Source: Octopus vulgaris (taxonomy: Eukaryota). Taken from it: DNA of 64,000 nucleotides. Position 1 is the first letter of the stretch. Each line of letters opens with the position of its first letter. Below, one piece after another: positions 41,656-55,963 of this stretch. A model generated the notes under the pieces. The model was not told where the DNA came from. It saw nothing but the letters and a program-made list of their open reading frames with translations, and made no database searches. The stretch is taken from the NCBI GenBank assembly GCA_951406725.2, contig OX597824.1, positions 40,238,001 through 40,302,000 on the forward strand. The letters are read 5' to 3'. Position numbers and translations under genes: made by a program.

Positions 41656-44248
41656 TATGTTTGACTTTTGCTTTATATTTGTACAAGTTGGCTCCAAGTC
41701 TCACCCAAAGACCTCAAGAGACAACAGGGTTGGAAGTTCATGTTGTTGTTATGCCTAGTGTGCCATATATTTGGGGGGTGGGGATGTTGTACTAATGAAT
41801 GTCTAAAAAAAAGTTGATTTTTTTTTTTTTTTTTTTAAACCGAAAATTGTTTGTTTTAAACCTTGAGATTACATAGAGAGTATTTTGCGTAGGATATGAG
41901 CAGTTCCCATGAGCACTATCTTTTGAACTTCTGCCATTTTTGGGTTTCCTGGTATCTGAGTTAGGTAGCTATCAGCCCCTTTTGCTATCATTCCCAGGGC
42001 ACCTATGACAACAGGTATTGTTTTAGTCTTCAGCTTCCACATTTTACTGATTTCTATTTCAAGATCTTTATATTTGCTCAGTTTTTGGTAGGTCTTGACA
42101 GATACGTTTATATCGATTGGGACAGTCATATCAATGAGGAGGCATGTTCTTTGTTTGAAGTCTTTCAATATGATGTCTGGCCTATTTGCATCTATCTTCC
42201 TGTCAGTTTGAATGGTGAAGTTCCAGAGGAGTGAGATGTGGTCATTTTCAAGCACTGGGGGTGGTTTGTGTTCCCACCAGTTTTTTTCATGGGGCAAATC
42301 CAGGTTTTTACAGATTACCCAGTGAATATATTGTGCAGCTCTATCGTGCCTGTTGAGATACTCTGTAGGCGCTAGAAGACTGCACTTGGAGACCACATGG
42401 TCAATGGTTTCATTTTGTTGCTTGCATACACGACACGTTGGACTGCTTCTGATCTTTAATATGTTGGCCTGGTAGTTTCTTGTTGGTAGGCATTGATCTT
42501 GAGCTGCTATGATAAACCCCTCTGTTTCAGATTTTAAGCCAGAGGCCATTAGCCATTGATGGGTCAGGGCTTTGTCGATATCTGCATTATTCGCTCTCTT
42601 TGGGTATTTGCCATAGAGAGGTTTTTCTTGCCATTTATTATTCAGAATATCTAAGGCCGCAGTTTTGGCACGGGTTTTCATGCGCCTAGCTTTTTCTGTG
42701 CTTGTTTCTTGTATATCTATCTCTAGTTCCGAAATTGGTTGTATTCGGAATTCACTTAGATATTCCTTTGCCTGTTTTGTGACTGAGTATGATGCTTTCT
42801 TGTTTTCATGTTTTGAGACAAGTTTTAACATCCAGTCCTCAGAGTTTTTCAGGTAGGTGTCTAGGCCAATTGTAGCAATCTTCATTGTTATTGCCAGTTG
42901 CAAAAGACCACGGCCTCCTCTTTTCTTGGCAGATAGAGTCGTTCTGTATCTGCCTTAGGGTGGTGAATTCTATGCATTGTCAACAGTTTCCTTATTTTTC
43001 TGTCGAGCTGACATATTTCAGTAATTGACCAGTTAACAATATTGAAACTGTAAGTCACGACTGGTATAGCTAATGCATTGATCGCTTCGATCCTGTTTCT
43101 TGCATTCAGCTCTGTCTTGAGTATTGCTCTCACTCTTCGATAGCATTCTCTCCTGATCCTTTCCTTCATCTCTGAATGCCTTATTCCGTTCCCTTCAATT
43201 ACCCCTAGGTACTTGTAGCTCTCCGCTGGGTCTAGTTCTTTTATGACATTCTGTTGGTCAAGGTTAACGTTAGATGTTTCTGTCATTTTTCCTTTGATAA
43301 AGGTAGCCTTTGCACATTTATCAAGGCCGAATTGCATTCTGATGTCGTCACTGAATTGTTTGACTATCGCTAGTAAGCCCTTGAGTTGTTGATCATTTTT
43401 TGCAAAAAGCTTTAAATCATCCATGTAAACGAGATGATTTATATTTTTATCAAACATTTTATACCCGTACTGCGCATCATTGAGCAGCTTTGAGAGAGGT
43501 ATTAAGGATAAACAAAAGAGGAGTGGTGACAGTGAGTCACCCTGGAAAATGCCACACGAAATTTTTACATCACCAGCATTTAGGGATTCACTGTCACTGT
43601 TCAGAGTTAGTGTGGTTCTCCATGATCTCATACTTACAGTCAAGAAGTTTCGCAGAGTTGGTGCTATCTTATACATTTCAAGGCATTTCCTAATCCAGCT
43701 ATGTGGTAGGCTATCAAAAGCCTTTTTATAGTCTATCCAGGCTATTGATAAGTTTTTGTGTCGTTTGTGACAATCTTCTAAGATCATCTTATTGATGAGT
43801 AGTTGGTCTTTACAGCCGTAGGATCCACGTTTACATCCTTTCTGTTCATTAGGGAATATGCTGCTGTCTGTTAAAAAAACTATAGGTATATTCCGTCAGG
43901 ACAGATGTTAGTGTTTTGTACATAGTTGTTAAGCAGGTTATGGGTCTATAGTTTTTTGGTTCATTTGTTTCTTCACTTTTTGGAAGCAGGAATGTTAACC
44001 CATTAACTAGCCAAGGAGGCATCCTACTAGGGTGTTGCAAAACATCATTGTACAGTTCTGTTAGCAGTTCATGGCTCTCTGGGAAGGCATTCAGCCAGAA
44101 GTTAGGAATTTTATCCTTTCCTGGAGACTTCCATTTGCTTGACCTCCTGAGAGCAGATCTTATATCTTCTACCTTGACACCCTCCCACTTTTGCTCTTCT
44201 AAGGGGTCCAGTTCTGTAGATATTCTGTTAATCCAGGGGGCCTTTTCG
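41652..44248 (-). mobile_element. R4/Dong-clade LINE, 5'-truncated, intact 3' end
   Basis: KWKSPGKDKIPNFWL, NYRPITCL, DYKKAFDS, GIFQGDSLSPLLF, YMDDLKL, CRVC..ETIDHVVSKC, RHD and RPDIIL..ID..K..KY endonuclease motifs. Both ends abut (TTA)n. Confidence 0.92.
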
Positions 44249-44296
44249 TTGTTATTATTATTATTATTATTATTATCATTATTATTATTATTATTA

Positions 44297-44334
<38 letters not shown>

Positions 44335-44374
44335 GTTGTTGTTGTGGTTGTTGTTATCATTATTATTAATATTA

Positions 44375-44412
<38 letters not shown>

Positions 44413-44470
44413 GTTGTTGTTGTTGTTATTGTTATTATTATTATTGTTGTTGTTGTTGTTGTTGTTGTTA

Positions 44471-44504
<34 letters not shown>

Positions 44505-44530
44505 TACCGCCATCATCATCATCATTATTA
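44249..44530. repeat. (TTA/TTG/TCA)n compound trinucleotide tract
   Basis: Direct reading. Confidence 0.9.
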
Positions 44531-45205
44531 AAACAGTGAGCTGGGAGAATCGTTAGTATGCCGAAAGAAATGCTTAGCGGCATTTCGTCCATCTTTACTT
44601 TGTGAATTGAAATGCCACCAAGGTAGACTTTTCCTTTCATCCACTTGGGATAAATAAGAACCAGTCGAGCACTGGGATCAATGTAACCGGATTACTCCAA
44701 CCCGCAAAATTTCAGTCTTGGTGTAGAGTAGAAAGGATTACTATCATCATTGGAGAGAAAGAGACAAAATGAAAAGATGAAAAAAAAAAACAAATTGAGG
44801 AAGAAAGGCCAATCTCATGGGTAAAGGTAAGTAACTCTTTCAATGATTTATATTTATCTCCCTTGGAGAAATTTTGATATTTACCTGCAAGCCAAATAAT
44901 CGAAATTTTTGCCTTTGAAAAAACATGAACATAACGACACCCTCTTTTTTCTTGGAGAAACATATCTCTCTAGTCTTATACAAGTGCAGTAAATAATTAT
45001 AAATGCCAAACAAAAAGAACATGGAGGCGAATTAAATAGATTTTCAATTGTGTTGTGATTCCTGACCGAAGTTTTACTACTGGATTTGGAACGGCATGAA
45101 CATGCCCTAATATTTTCCTTAATTAAAATTCATTGTTTTGCAATTACCAAGATAGAAATTTATATATGTGCGTGCGCTTATGTGTATCTGTGAACGTATA
45201 AATAA

Positions 45206-45237
<32 letters not shown>

Positions 45238-45591
45238 ACACACATACACACACAAACACATACACACCCACGGCACGCGCGCACATACATACACACACAC
45301 ACACACATGTATAATTGATAATTGATAATAAAGTAATACGTTTTTATCTTAAATTTTGAATTTCACAAAAATAACAGCGTTTGGGAATGACCAAGTTTTG
45401 TCGTTTCATACTTAAGGCCACCATTAAACAGTATAAAGGTGTAAATAAAATGAAACAGCTGCGAGTGGTAATCGAAACCTCGAGTTCATCTTCAGATCTC
45501 TCTGAAACTTCATTACTTGATGAAAAAGAAGAAGAAAATACGACGCTCAAAAAATGTTCAAGTTAGATAACTCTGTTTTTGCCGGTCCGTT

Positions 45592-45630
45592 GTAGATGGC
45601 AGCACTGTCTTACCGGAAGATGACAAAGCA
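45592..45630 (+). promoter_or_regulatory. PSMC1 proximal promoter motifs (AGATGGCAGCAC, ETS CCGGAAG, ARE ATGACAAAGCA)
   Basis: Contiguous motifs 55-90 bp upstream of the ATG. 45620-45630 matches RTGACnnnGCA. Confidence 0.55.
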
Positions 45631-45683
45631 CATCAATTAAGAAGTCAGTGTTTCCAACCCGTCTCTGTCGTATTAAATATACA

Positions 45684-45686
45684 ATG
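45684..45686 (+). CDS. PSMC1: PSMC1 coding exon 1 (ATG only)
   Basis: ACAATG|GTGAGT consensus donor. Supplies the Met before GQNQS of exon 2. Promoter motifs immediately upstream. Confidence 0.75.
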
Positions 45687-47129
45687 GTGAGTTACTTGTA
45701 CATCTCTTCCACTTATTTCTGCTCTTTCTCAACTGTTCTATACAAATACTCCATAATTTCGTATTCCTTTACAGCACGCTGATATATATACATCATCAAC
45801 CAAACGGGCTTTCAGAAGCTGTAGAAGAAAATTACAGCTTAATGAAGCTTTAGAATAAAGATTTCTTATTTTCTGCCGATCATGCTGATTACAAATTTAT
45901 GGATAATAGATGTTTTAATCGTTTGTGGTTTGCAATTTCTAGTCTTGGTGTACCTTTACTATCACAAAAGGCCCTGCATTTTTGATATTCTTGGTTTGTG
46001 TAATCCCATCAGCCTATTTAAATTTTCGTGCAACAGAGGTCTGTAACAAAAATACCGGTAATATATTCTGTTTCGATTCAGGGGACCTTTACCTTTCTTC
46101 TTTATTTAAATCGTTAGAGTATCTGACAAAACGCCTTGCAGTATTTGTTCTGGCTCCCTTTATATTCCGAGTCCGAATCCTGCAGTAAGCAACTTTAGCT
46201 TTCATCCTTCGGGGTTCAATAATGTAAAGTGCCTCAGGTTAAGTTCCTCGACTGACTCAGTCCCACTAAACTTCAGGCCTTCGGACTATGATAGAAACCT
46301 TTATTATTGTTGCTAACGCCCTTTTGAAAAAAATGTGTGACTGTGAATTCTATTCAGTTGGGCAGAAGACTAAGATGTGGTTATGTACGAAAACGTTATT
46401 TTTAATAATAATTAACATGTTTTACATATATTATCTTCAACCCACAATCTTGTGGGAGGGGATGGAATCGAAACTAATTACATTAATGGTATGGGGCTAA
46501 TGCAGTTTCTTACCTCTCCTTGAAAAATGCATTTAAAAACAAAATCCATTGCGATGGATGCTTATAATTGACGTCGACGGGGTTTCATCAGAGATTATAG
46601 AGGGATGGGACCAATACTGCAGTTTGCATTGTACTTTAACCGTTTCTACTTAGTCCATTACTGCTTGTGATTATCCCTGCTGTTATTACCTGACGGAATG
46701 AGTAAGGGTGTTATTTTAAGTAAAACTTGCTACCCCAGGTTTCAGCCTTACTATATGAAATATTTTTTTTAAACATTAAGAGATGCAGTGATAGATTTGC
46801 TTAAGCGTCGAAATGTCTCGCAACTTTTTTTTCCCCTTAATCTCTATTCGTCTCTATTGTATCATCTTTGGGGTTTAAGTCGTTTGTTCTAGCCCCAAGT
46901 GCTTTATCTGGTACGTCATTCGTTATACAGTGGAACACTTGATCTCATTTCACTCATACTTTGATACTGCCAATTATATGGTGTTTTTGTAAGAATATAC
47001 AGATTCTCGTCCCTACATACACTCACCATTATAAACATGTACACTCTCTCAGACTCATATACACACATAATCTTATGATTACCTGATTTGTTACCTAATA
47101 TATGTATGCCCACACATTGTCATGTGAAT

Positions 47130-47930
47130 TGTTTTTGAAGTCTTGATTTGTCTCTTTCTCCTAATGGTTTCTTTAAGGTTTTGGCATGTCTCAGAGTGCC
47201 ACTCTGTTCACAGTACAGTCACATTCTAGAAAATCAAGGATGAGTTGTTGGCTTTTGAACTTCTTAGTCCTTGGAGAAGTGTGATGCCATTCTATGCACT
47301 AAGCTTTTGTTTCCAGATCATAAAGACACACCCACGTTTCATTCCATCACCAGTTTGGGGAAAAAAACACCTTTTCATTAATTTCAAACACTTGCATCAG
47401 ATCAGTGATGACTTCACTGTTCTCACTTTCAAACCAAATGTCAGCTGCCGAGGTGCCCACTTTCATATTTTCTAATGCCCAAAGTCTTTCACCATCTTTT
47501 GTAATGCATTGCCACTATAGTCCAATTGTGTAGCAAGCTCACAAATTGTAATTCATCTGAATCAGTTCTACTCACTGGCGATTTGAGTCAGCAGTTGCAG
47601 TTGATGGTTTGTTAAAAGATATTTATTAACGAGAGGTAATATTTATCCCCACTTAAACATGGTTGTTCTGTTAGAACAAACTATACTTCTGTAGTTATCA
47701 TGAGAGGAACTCTCATATTGGCTTTTGATGCAATGGTTTGTCTTTAATGCTGGTTTCTCATTTTTAAACCTTTCCATCCCTCTATATATATTGCCATTGT
47801 TCATTGTGTCATCTCCATAAATAACTTGTAGCTCTCTGTAGATATTGGACTCAACCTTTGACGAGAACATGATGATGATACATTGCTTCTGCTTGAAGAA
47901 GTGGTGTTCATCTACCAATATGTGCAGTTT
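47130..47930 (-). mobile_element. Mariner transposase relic in PSMC1 intron 1
   Basis: IYRELQVIYGDDTM...IYRGMERFKN resembles the mariner HTH region. Decayed TGD motif near 47350. Confidence 0.55.
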
Positions 47931-48754
47931 GAATGACCTTTGTCAGTTAATAAAACAAAACTAATCCCACTTTTGCATTACTTTCAAAACAACCTTCGTT
48001 TTCTAAACTCTATGCTTTGGCTGTCTTGCAGACTGACATTACACATATACATGATCATATGCAAATTGTAGAACATGCTTCCAGGTTTGGAACTTCTCTG
48101 CAACTTTTCTGCTATGATAAAATAGAAATACAGCATATAAAAGTTCCCGATGGTACTGAGTCCTGAAATCTTATATTCAAGAATTATGATTAAAATGGAC
48201 TGAGACTGTATCACCTCAACAGCACTATAGGCCCCTATAAACACAGCAAGGGCATGCATAGATTTACATTGGATCCCTAGGTCTGTGGAACCCCTGGATA
48301 AGTGTCCTCTGTGCCCATATTTTAAGACAGGATTGGGCTGAAGACCTGCACTAAATTTCTCAATGCACTCAGTGTATTCCACTTTGCTAAATTTCTTTTC
48401 ATGCAGTAGGTCCATCCAATGGGCTACTCCACAAATTCATCCACAAGACTTCAATTGAGCCTAAGTGTCATGCACTTAGACTGAATGTGGGACCTTGTAA
48501 TAATAGAACCACTTTTTCTAAACTGAAGTAACTAATATATGACATTGTTGATTCATCACTATTAGTAAACATTTCACCTCGTGAATATTTTTACCAAAAT
48601 TTTAGACTTCTCTTCCTTACAGCAAAATAATTTATTCATCACTATTAGTAAACATTTCACCTCGTGAATATTTTTACCAAAATTTTAGACTTCTCTTCCT
48701 TACAGCAAAATAATTTATTCCATTTTTGTCCAAAAATCAAGATCAAATCAAAAT

Positions 48755-49275
48755 CAAATTCGATGACTGGCGTCCATGCTAGCGGGGTGCAAAGAGCACC
48801 ACACGAGTGTGATCATTGACAGAGCGGCTAACTGGCTTCCATGCCAGTGGCACCTAAAAGGCACCATTTGAGCGTGATCATTACCACCGTCGCCTACTGG
48901 CACTCAAGCCACGTGCTAGTAGGGTATTAAGAGCACCATCCGAGCATGATCGTTGCCAGAGCAGCTATCTGGCCTCCGTGCAAGTGGCACGTAAAAGACA
49001 TCATTCAAGCGTGATAGTTATCAGCATCGCCTTACTGGCACGTATAAAAGATTCGAGCGACGTCGTTGCCAGTACCGCCTGACTGGCCCTGTGCTGGTGG
49101 CACGTAAAAGCACCCACTACACTCTCGGAGTGGTTGGCGTTATGAAGGGCATCTAGCTGTAGAAACTCTGCCAGATCAAGATTGGAGCCTGGTGCAGCCA
49201 TCTGTTTCGCCAGCCCTCAGTCATTCGTCCAACCCATGCTAGCATGGAAAGCGGACATTAAATGATGATGATGAT
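48755..49275 (+). mobile_element. RTE-type 3' UTR/tail copy with (GAT)n end
   Basis: 3' part is the reverse complement of 49523-49695. Contains internal diverged repeats. Confidence 0.7.
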
Positions 49276-49522
49276 TATTTTATTCTGTACCAACACAAAC
49301 TATCACGGGCTTCTTTGTATGCTACTGTTTCACTAAGCACAACATATCCTGACAATTTATCAATGAGTATCCTCAATAAATGTACATTTTCCTTACCTTC
49401 ATTTTAAAGTCCACTTTTTTATGTTTGTGTGGATATCACTCAGTGTTAAGACAAAGAGACAAACATACACACATTCACATATGTATATACATACATATGT
49501 ATAATATATATATATATATATA

Positions 49523-50408
49523 TCATCATCATCGTTTAACGTCCGTTTTCCACGCTAGCATGGGTTGGACGGTTCGACCGGGGTCTGGGAAGCCAGGGCT
49601 GCACCAGGCTCCAGTCTGATCTAGCAGTGTTTCTACAGCTGGATGCCTTTCCTAACGCCAACCACTCCGCGAGCGTAGTGGGTGCTTTTTACGTGCTACC
49701 TGCACAGGTGCCAGGGGGGTCTGGCATCGGCCACGATCGGTTGGTGCTTTTAACGTGCCACCGGCACGGAAGCCAGCCAGGGCGGCGCTGGCATCGACCG
49801 CGTTCGGATGGTGCTCTTTATGTGCCACCGGCACAGAAGCCAGTCGAGGCTGCGCTGGCAACGGCCACATTCGGATGGTGCTTTTTATGTGCCACCGACA
49901 GGTATCACAACTACTATTTCCATTGATATTTGTTTCGATGTTTGTGTACATGCACTTGACTCAACAGGTCTCCTCAAGCACAGCGAGACGTTCCGGGATC
50001 CAGGGTACTTTGAATGGGCAGGGGCTATGCGGAACTGGAGCCGGAAGCATCCCGGGTCTTTGTAGTCACAGCACATCTCCAGAGATCTCGGTCCTTCGCC
50101 ATTGCCTCAGTGAGGCCCAACGCTCTGAGGTCATGCTTGACTACCTCATCCCATGTCTTCCTGGGTCTACCTCTCCCCCTGATTCCTTCAACTGTTTGGG
50201 AGCGGCACTCCTTCACACATCTCTCCTCATCCATCCGCAGTCCATGACCATACCATCACAAGCGTCGCTCTTGCACACCGCATCTGATGCTTCTTATGTC
50301 TAGCATTTCTCTCAGGGTGCTTACACTCTGTCGTGCATTCACACTGACATTACACATCCAGCGGATCATGCCAGCTTCATTTCTTTCGAGTCTACACATG
50401 TCCTCTAC
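49523..50408 (-). mobile_element. RTE-clade LINE 3' fragment
   Basis: MIRWMCNVS...WYGH..RMDEERCVK...RGRGRPRKTWDEVVKHDL...DRDLWR, 3' UTR with tandem repeats, (GAT)n tail. Confidence 0.85.
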
Positions 50409-51855
50409 CTTCTATACTGTTTTGTTTCTCCTCCATATCAACTGCTACTTGGCTGAAATCGTACTATATTCACAGAAGTAAGTCAACATTATCTCTGAAG
50501 AATGTCCTGCAGTCCTGTCTTCATACATCTCTCTTGAAATGAGCAGTACCTGAGACACCTGGAAGTTTTTCCCCAACAACTAGATCACTCAACTTCTATG
50601 CCTTTAATCTCCTACTTTCACTTTTGAGTCAATTTTGTCAACTCCCTACTGTTCGCTTACCATTAATCTACATTCCGCATACTCCTAGGTTGACATGTCA
50701 GTACGTTATGTGTTCAAGCATTTTGATTCTGTATATTTTAGAGGCAATGCTTCATGTAAAAATATAATATATTCCAGAATCAGTTCTCATTTAATATTGT
50801 TTTTAATCAAATGTAAAGATTTATATTTAATATAGATAGGTATATGTGCAGTTGTATGGTTAAAAAGCTTGCTTCCCAACCATGTGGTTTTGGGTTCAGT
50901 CTCACTGTGTGGCACCTTGGGCATGTGTCTTCTACTATAGCCCCAGATTGAGCACTTGTGAGTGAATTTGGTAAATGAAAACTGAAAGAAGCCCATTATA
51001 TGTTCATTTGGATACACATTGACATCATGTGATGGATGTGAACAAGCACATTTACAGCCACATTAATGAATATCATTATACACGTGATATTATTCACTTG
51101 TAGTCCTCCATGAAAAACATTTCCAACTGAGAAAAAGTGTTTTCTTGCTTAGTAACAGGAAGGGCATCCAGCCATTGACAATTTGCCTCTATGAATTCCA
51201 TTTGATCCATGCAAGCATGGAAGAGTGGACATTAAAACATTAATGATAAATATGTATTCTGAAATCTACAGATTTCTCATCCCTTTAGCATTTAAACCAG
51301 CCATATCCAACCAAAATATTCTAAGTGTTTTATGCTCAAAGTGGATAGATCTTGCTTCTCACACCAACCCTACAATATTATTATAAAACTTAAGTTAGCT
51401 CATCAAAATCTCAAAGCTAAAAAATAATGCATGATTAATTCAAAACAATATGAATAAATAAGGATTACTTTTGACAGAATAATGCGAGTACAAAAGAGTT
51501 AAATACTGTTTTCAACTCTCCTTTCAATTTTTTGAAGTGTAATGGCTATATAATAATTACTCTTTTTTTATGTAGTTCTTTGCATTTTTATTGAACTCAA
51601 CAAGGTCTTTTGAGCTGCAGGGGCTGGGTAATAGAAGGCAGACAGAGCAGTGCTCCATAGTTTAGTCTGCTTCTCCACATTCACAGGTAGTTGGACCAGT
51701 CTTGTAACACTCAACTTTTGATCATCCTGCTCTCCTCAGACTGTTGAGTGTCTCCTATTGAATGTATGGTTCTCCAACATTGAAGCTGAGTTGAAAGATT
51801 GTTTTCTATGAAAAGTAAAGATGTATTTCTAATATATTCTGAAACCAGTGTAGAA

Positions 51856-52130
51856 CAATGGTTCTCAATAGATTTTTTGCCTATGAACCCCCTTGATTCT
51901 TATTTTACTCTACTGGACTTCCATAGATATTCAATGCATATATAAAAAAAAAAGTCCTACTGTATTTTTGTAATTAAATATTATTAGAAATTGTATAAAA
52001 AAAATTGTTAAAATGTTTTGTATTGTAGGAGTATAAGCAATTTAATGCACATAAATTTTAACAAAATTTTATATGGTCCCCCTCCTCCTGAGGGGGTGGG
52101 CGTATTGATCCTGGTTGAGAACCACCACTG
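51856..52130. mobile_element. hAT (Charlie-like) MITE
   Basis: Termini CAATGGTTCTCAA...TTGAGAACCA(CCA)CTG. TSD not evident. Confidence 0.5.
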
Positions 52131-52205
52131 TCTAACAAACTAAGCTTTCTCATTAGATACTGTTTTCTCTGAATTGTAAAGATTTATGTTTCATGTCTAT
52201 TTCAG

Positions 52206-52262
52206 GGTCAAAATCAATCATCTGGAGCTAGTGGTCAAGGATCAGATAAAAAAGATGATAAG
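52206..52262 (+). CDS. PSMC1: PSMC1 exon 2 (GQNQSSGASGQGSDKKDDK)
   Basis: TTTCAG acceptor, GT donor, 57 bp. Matches the Rpt2 N-terminus. Confidence 0.9.
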
Positions 52263-53146
52263 GTACTTATATTTTTATCCTGAAGATTTCTTCATAACAA
52301 AAATAATTTCTATCACTTTTTACCAAATTGCAAGAATTCTTAATGGTTAACTTTCCTTAATCTTATACATATATAATGGTTATAAAGTAAGTATATCTAT
52401 ATATGTAAAGTAAACTCTAAACCTTTCAGGTGAATCTAAAATGAATTAAGCACTTGAAACTCAAGTTCATTACTATCTAACACTTTTGATACAAACTTGC
52501 CTGAGACTACATCAGGTTCTCTTGTACAGAGTTCACCATTTTTAAAGTGTTGATATTAAAATTTAATTTTCAACTGAATATTTTATATTAACTTGTTAAT
52601 GAAAATGTTGTTTTACTAAATCCTTCCAAATTCTAGGTTGTTTTAAAAGTTTATTGATACCCATATATTATTATATATTGTAAAAGCACAGGAATGGCTG
52701 TGTAGTAACAAGTTTGCTTCCCAACGGCATGGTTGTTGTTTTTTGGGGGTTTTTTTTTGTCTCACTGCACAGCACCTTGTGCTACTATTGCCTCGGACTG
52801 ACCAAAGCCTTGTGGGTGGATTTGGTAGACAGAAACTGAAATAAGCCTGTTTTGTGTATTTATTTGTCCCCCACCACTACTTAACTGGTGTTTGTACATT
52901 TATGTCCCTGTAACTTAGTGGTCTGGCAAAGGGACAATGGAATAAGTACTAGGGTCAATTCATGCAAATAAATTCTTCAAGGCAGTGCCCCAGCATGGCC
53001 ACAGTCTAATGACTGAAACAAGTGAAAAGATTTTTTTAAATTAGAAACATATTTTATAAAATACAATAATTGTGTGATGCTGATTGTATGACATCATCAT
53101 TTTGTGCCGTTATATAATCTTTGTTAATACTATTTTTATTTTACAG

Positions 53147-53243
53147 GAGAAGAAACGAAAGTATGAACCTCCAGTGCCAACAAGAGTTGGTAAGAAGAAG
53201 AAAAAGCCCAAGGGTCCCGATGCTGCTAATAAACTTCCTCAGA
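53147..53243 (+). CDS. PSMC1: PSMC1 exon 3 ([32 protein letters not shown])
   Basis: TTACAG / GTAAGT, 97 bp. Confidence 0.96.
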
Positions 53244-55000
53244 GTAAGTCATTTGGCTTTGTGAGCGCTTAGTTATTCCCCTCCTTGTAACTCACTTCCT
53301 TTTGTCACTATCTCACATTTTTCAATATCAACCCTACCATATTATTTTCCACTGAACTCCCTCTCATATCTGTCTTCAATGCTTCTTCACACACACACAC
53401 TTGTTCGTCGTTTACTATTTCTACTTGTACATTCCTATGACTTTCATCTCTGTCACTGTACATCCCTATCATTCCCTTCGTCACTTCACATCCTCTTCCT
53501 ATTTCTCATCTATCTATGGTAATGTTATACTGTTGCTCTCCAACCCCTTTCTTTGGCACTGTCATTTGCCACCTCCTACTCCCTTCACTTCCCCCACCAA
53601 ACTAATATACCTCATTGATCATGCCTCCACCTGTGTTCACCATTCACCTTTATCACCATCACTAACCATCTATCATTCTCATTTCACACTCTTAAAGACT
53701 TACCTGCCCATTCACCCTTTCGAATCCTCTGTCCCTATTCTCATATTCACTTACTCACCTTGAGGTTACACTCTGACAATTCATTACCAACATCTCTTTT
53801 CCTTTTTTCCATCTGGGTAGCCATGTAGCTCCCCTTGTTCCTATCCTTCTATCATACTTTAACCTCTTAATACCTGGTATAAAGCCACCTCTCTCAATAT
53901 TATACCACCACCCCACTCACTTGAGAGGTCTTGTCTTGCTAATTATTTAGTGACCTTGCTGGTGCCAGTGCCATGAATAAAAGCACCCAGTACACTCAAT
54001 AAAGTGGTTGTCATTAGAAAGGGCATTTAACCATAGAAACTTCACCAAAGTAGACATTGGAGCTCAATACAGTCATTTGGCTCATCAGACTGTCAAACCA
54101 TCCAACCTATACTAGCATAGAAGATGGACATTCAATAATAATGATGATGATGATGATGATATGGTGCCAAACTGGTTGAATCTATAAAGCTCTATATAGA
54201 ATGTCTTGTATTGATTCTAGTTCTTTGCACTTTGAGTTTAAATACCACTATGGTCAAGTTAGCCTTTCATCCTTTCAGAATCAATAAAATAAAATAAAGT
54301 ACTGACTGGCGTTAATTCATCCTCTTTCTTTTTATGTGTGTTTCTCCCTCTTTCTCTGGAACAAACCAATTGTGGTCAGACCTGGTAAGGAGGGTGATCG
54401 ACTCTACCAGTTTAAGGCCAAAGGCGAGGCTATAGTATATAATGTATGAGTCTGTGTGTGTGTATCATTTCTCACCAAATCTGCTACTTGAGCCCCAGGT
54501 CAGCTCTCTTTGAGCAGACTATATTCAAAGACTTTCCAACCATAACCACTTCGTCTTGTTTTCAGTAGTGTATTTAGGACTACTGTATTCAACGTACTCT
54601 TGCTTTTTGTATGAGGAAAATCTGGCTGCTATAGATAGCATGTCAAGTGACTACATAGAAGCTTCGCATGACCATCTCACCTTGTTTTTGATAGTGAATC
54701 TAGGATATCCAAAACTACATTATGTAAATGCCTTTTTTTTTGTTTCTTTTCTTTTCTTCTTTTTTTACAAATTTCTGTTATTTCTCATATGTCAAGCAAC
54801 AAGATAGAGGCTTCTCATGACCACCTTATCTTTTCAGGAGTATTCAATAATACGTTTTTTTTTTTTTTTTTTTTTTATGTTCAAGAAATTTGGTTGCTTT
54901 TTCGAGCTTGTTGAGTGGCTAGATAGAGACTTCTTTTTTGTATCAGTGGGCAGTAGAAGTACTTCCCATCCCTAGCTTTATAATTTGTGTGTATACATAG

Positions 55001-55297
<297 letters not shown>

Positions 55298-55463
55298 TGA
55301 TAAAAACAATAATTCTTTTCATCATCATTTAATGTCCATTTTCCATCCTGGTTTGGGTTTGACAGGAGCTGGCCAGCCATATGGCTGTCTAAGGTTCATT
55401 TGTCATTTTTGGCATGCTTTCTACAGCTGGATTTTATGCCAAAAACTTTACAGAGTGTACCAA

Positions 55464-55963
55464 ATACCATAATCCGCATTTTTTTCCCAAAATTTAATGG
55501 TCAAAATCCCTAGTGCGTATTATATATGAGGTTAAAAATGAAAGATATTTTCTAAGTAATGTCCAAGTCTCTATTTGCTGTCTGGCAATGTTTATTCAGA
55601 CGCATTTTGTGATGTCGGGCGCGAAAAAACATTAAGCTAAGCCTGAAAGCAATGACGTCATAAAAGAATCATTTATAACTTGCAGTAAGCAACATTTATT
55701 AACATAAAAGTATTCCGAACACAGAATAACATGTAACAAAAACAATTTGCAAACATATTTACATTGCCATAGAACAGTTAAGAACATCACCATTATTGTA
55801 TTACGCATGCACAGAAGTGTTTGTTCGACTAGGTGCTGCTGGCTTAAGTACACACGACTCAAGTTAGAGAAGGGGTGTGTATTATATACAAGGTTTAGTT
55901 TTTTTTCAGAGGTACAGCACCCCCTAAAAATCCCTTGCGTATTATACTCAAGGATTTATGGTA
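55464..55963. mobile_element. pogo/Tigger-like non-autonomous element
   Basis: Right end TGCGTATTATACTCAAGGATTTATGGTA, partially deleted left TIR, repeated subterminal TGCGTATTATA. Confidence 0.45.

Noticed and set aside
45344-45566. Short ORFs on both strands upstream of PSMC1
   Set aside because: No recognisable homology. Most likely promoter-region sequence
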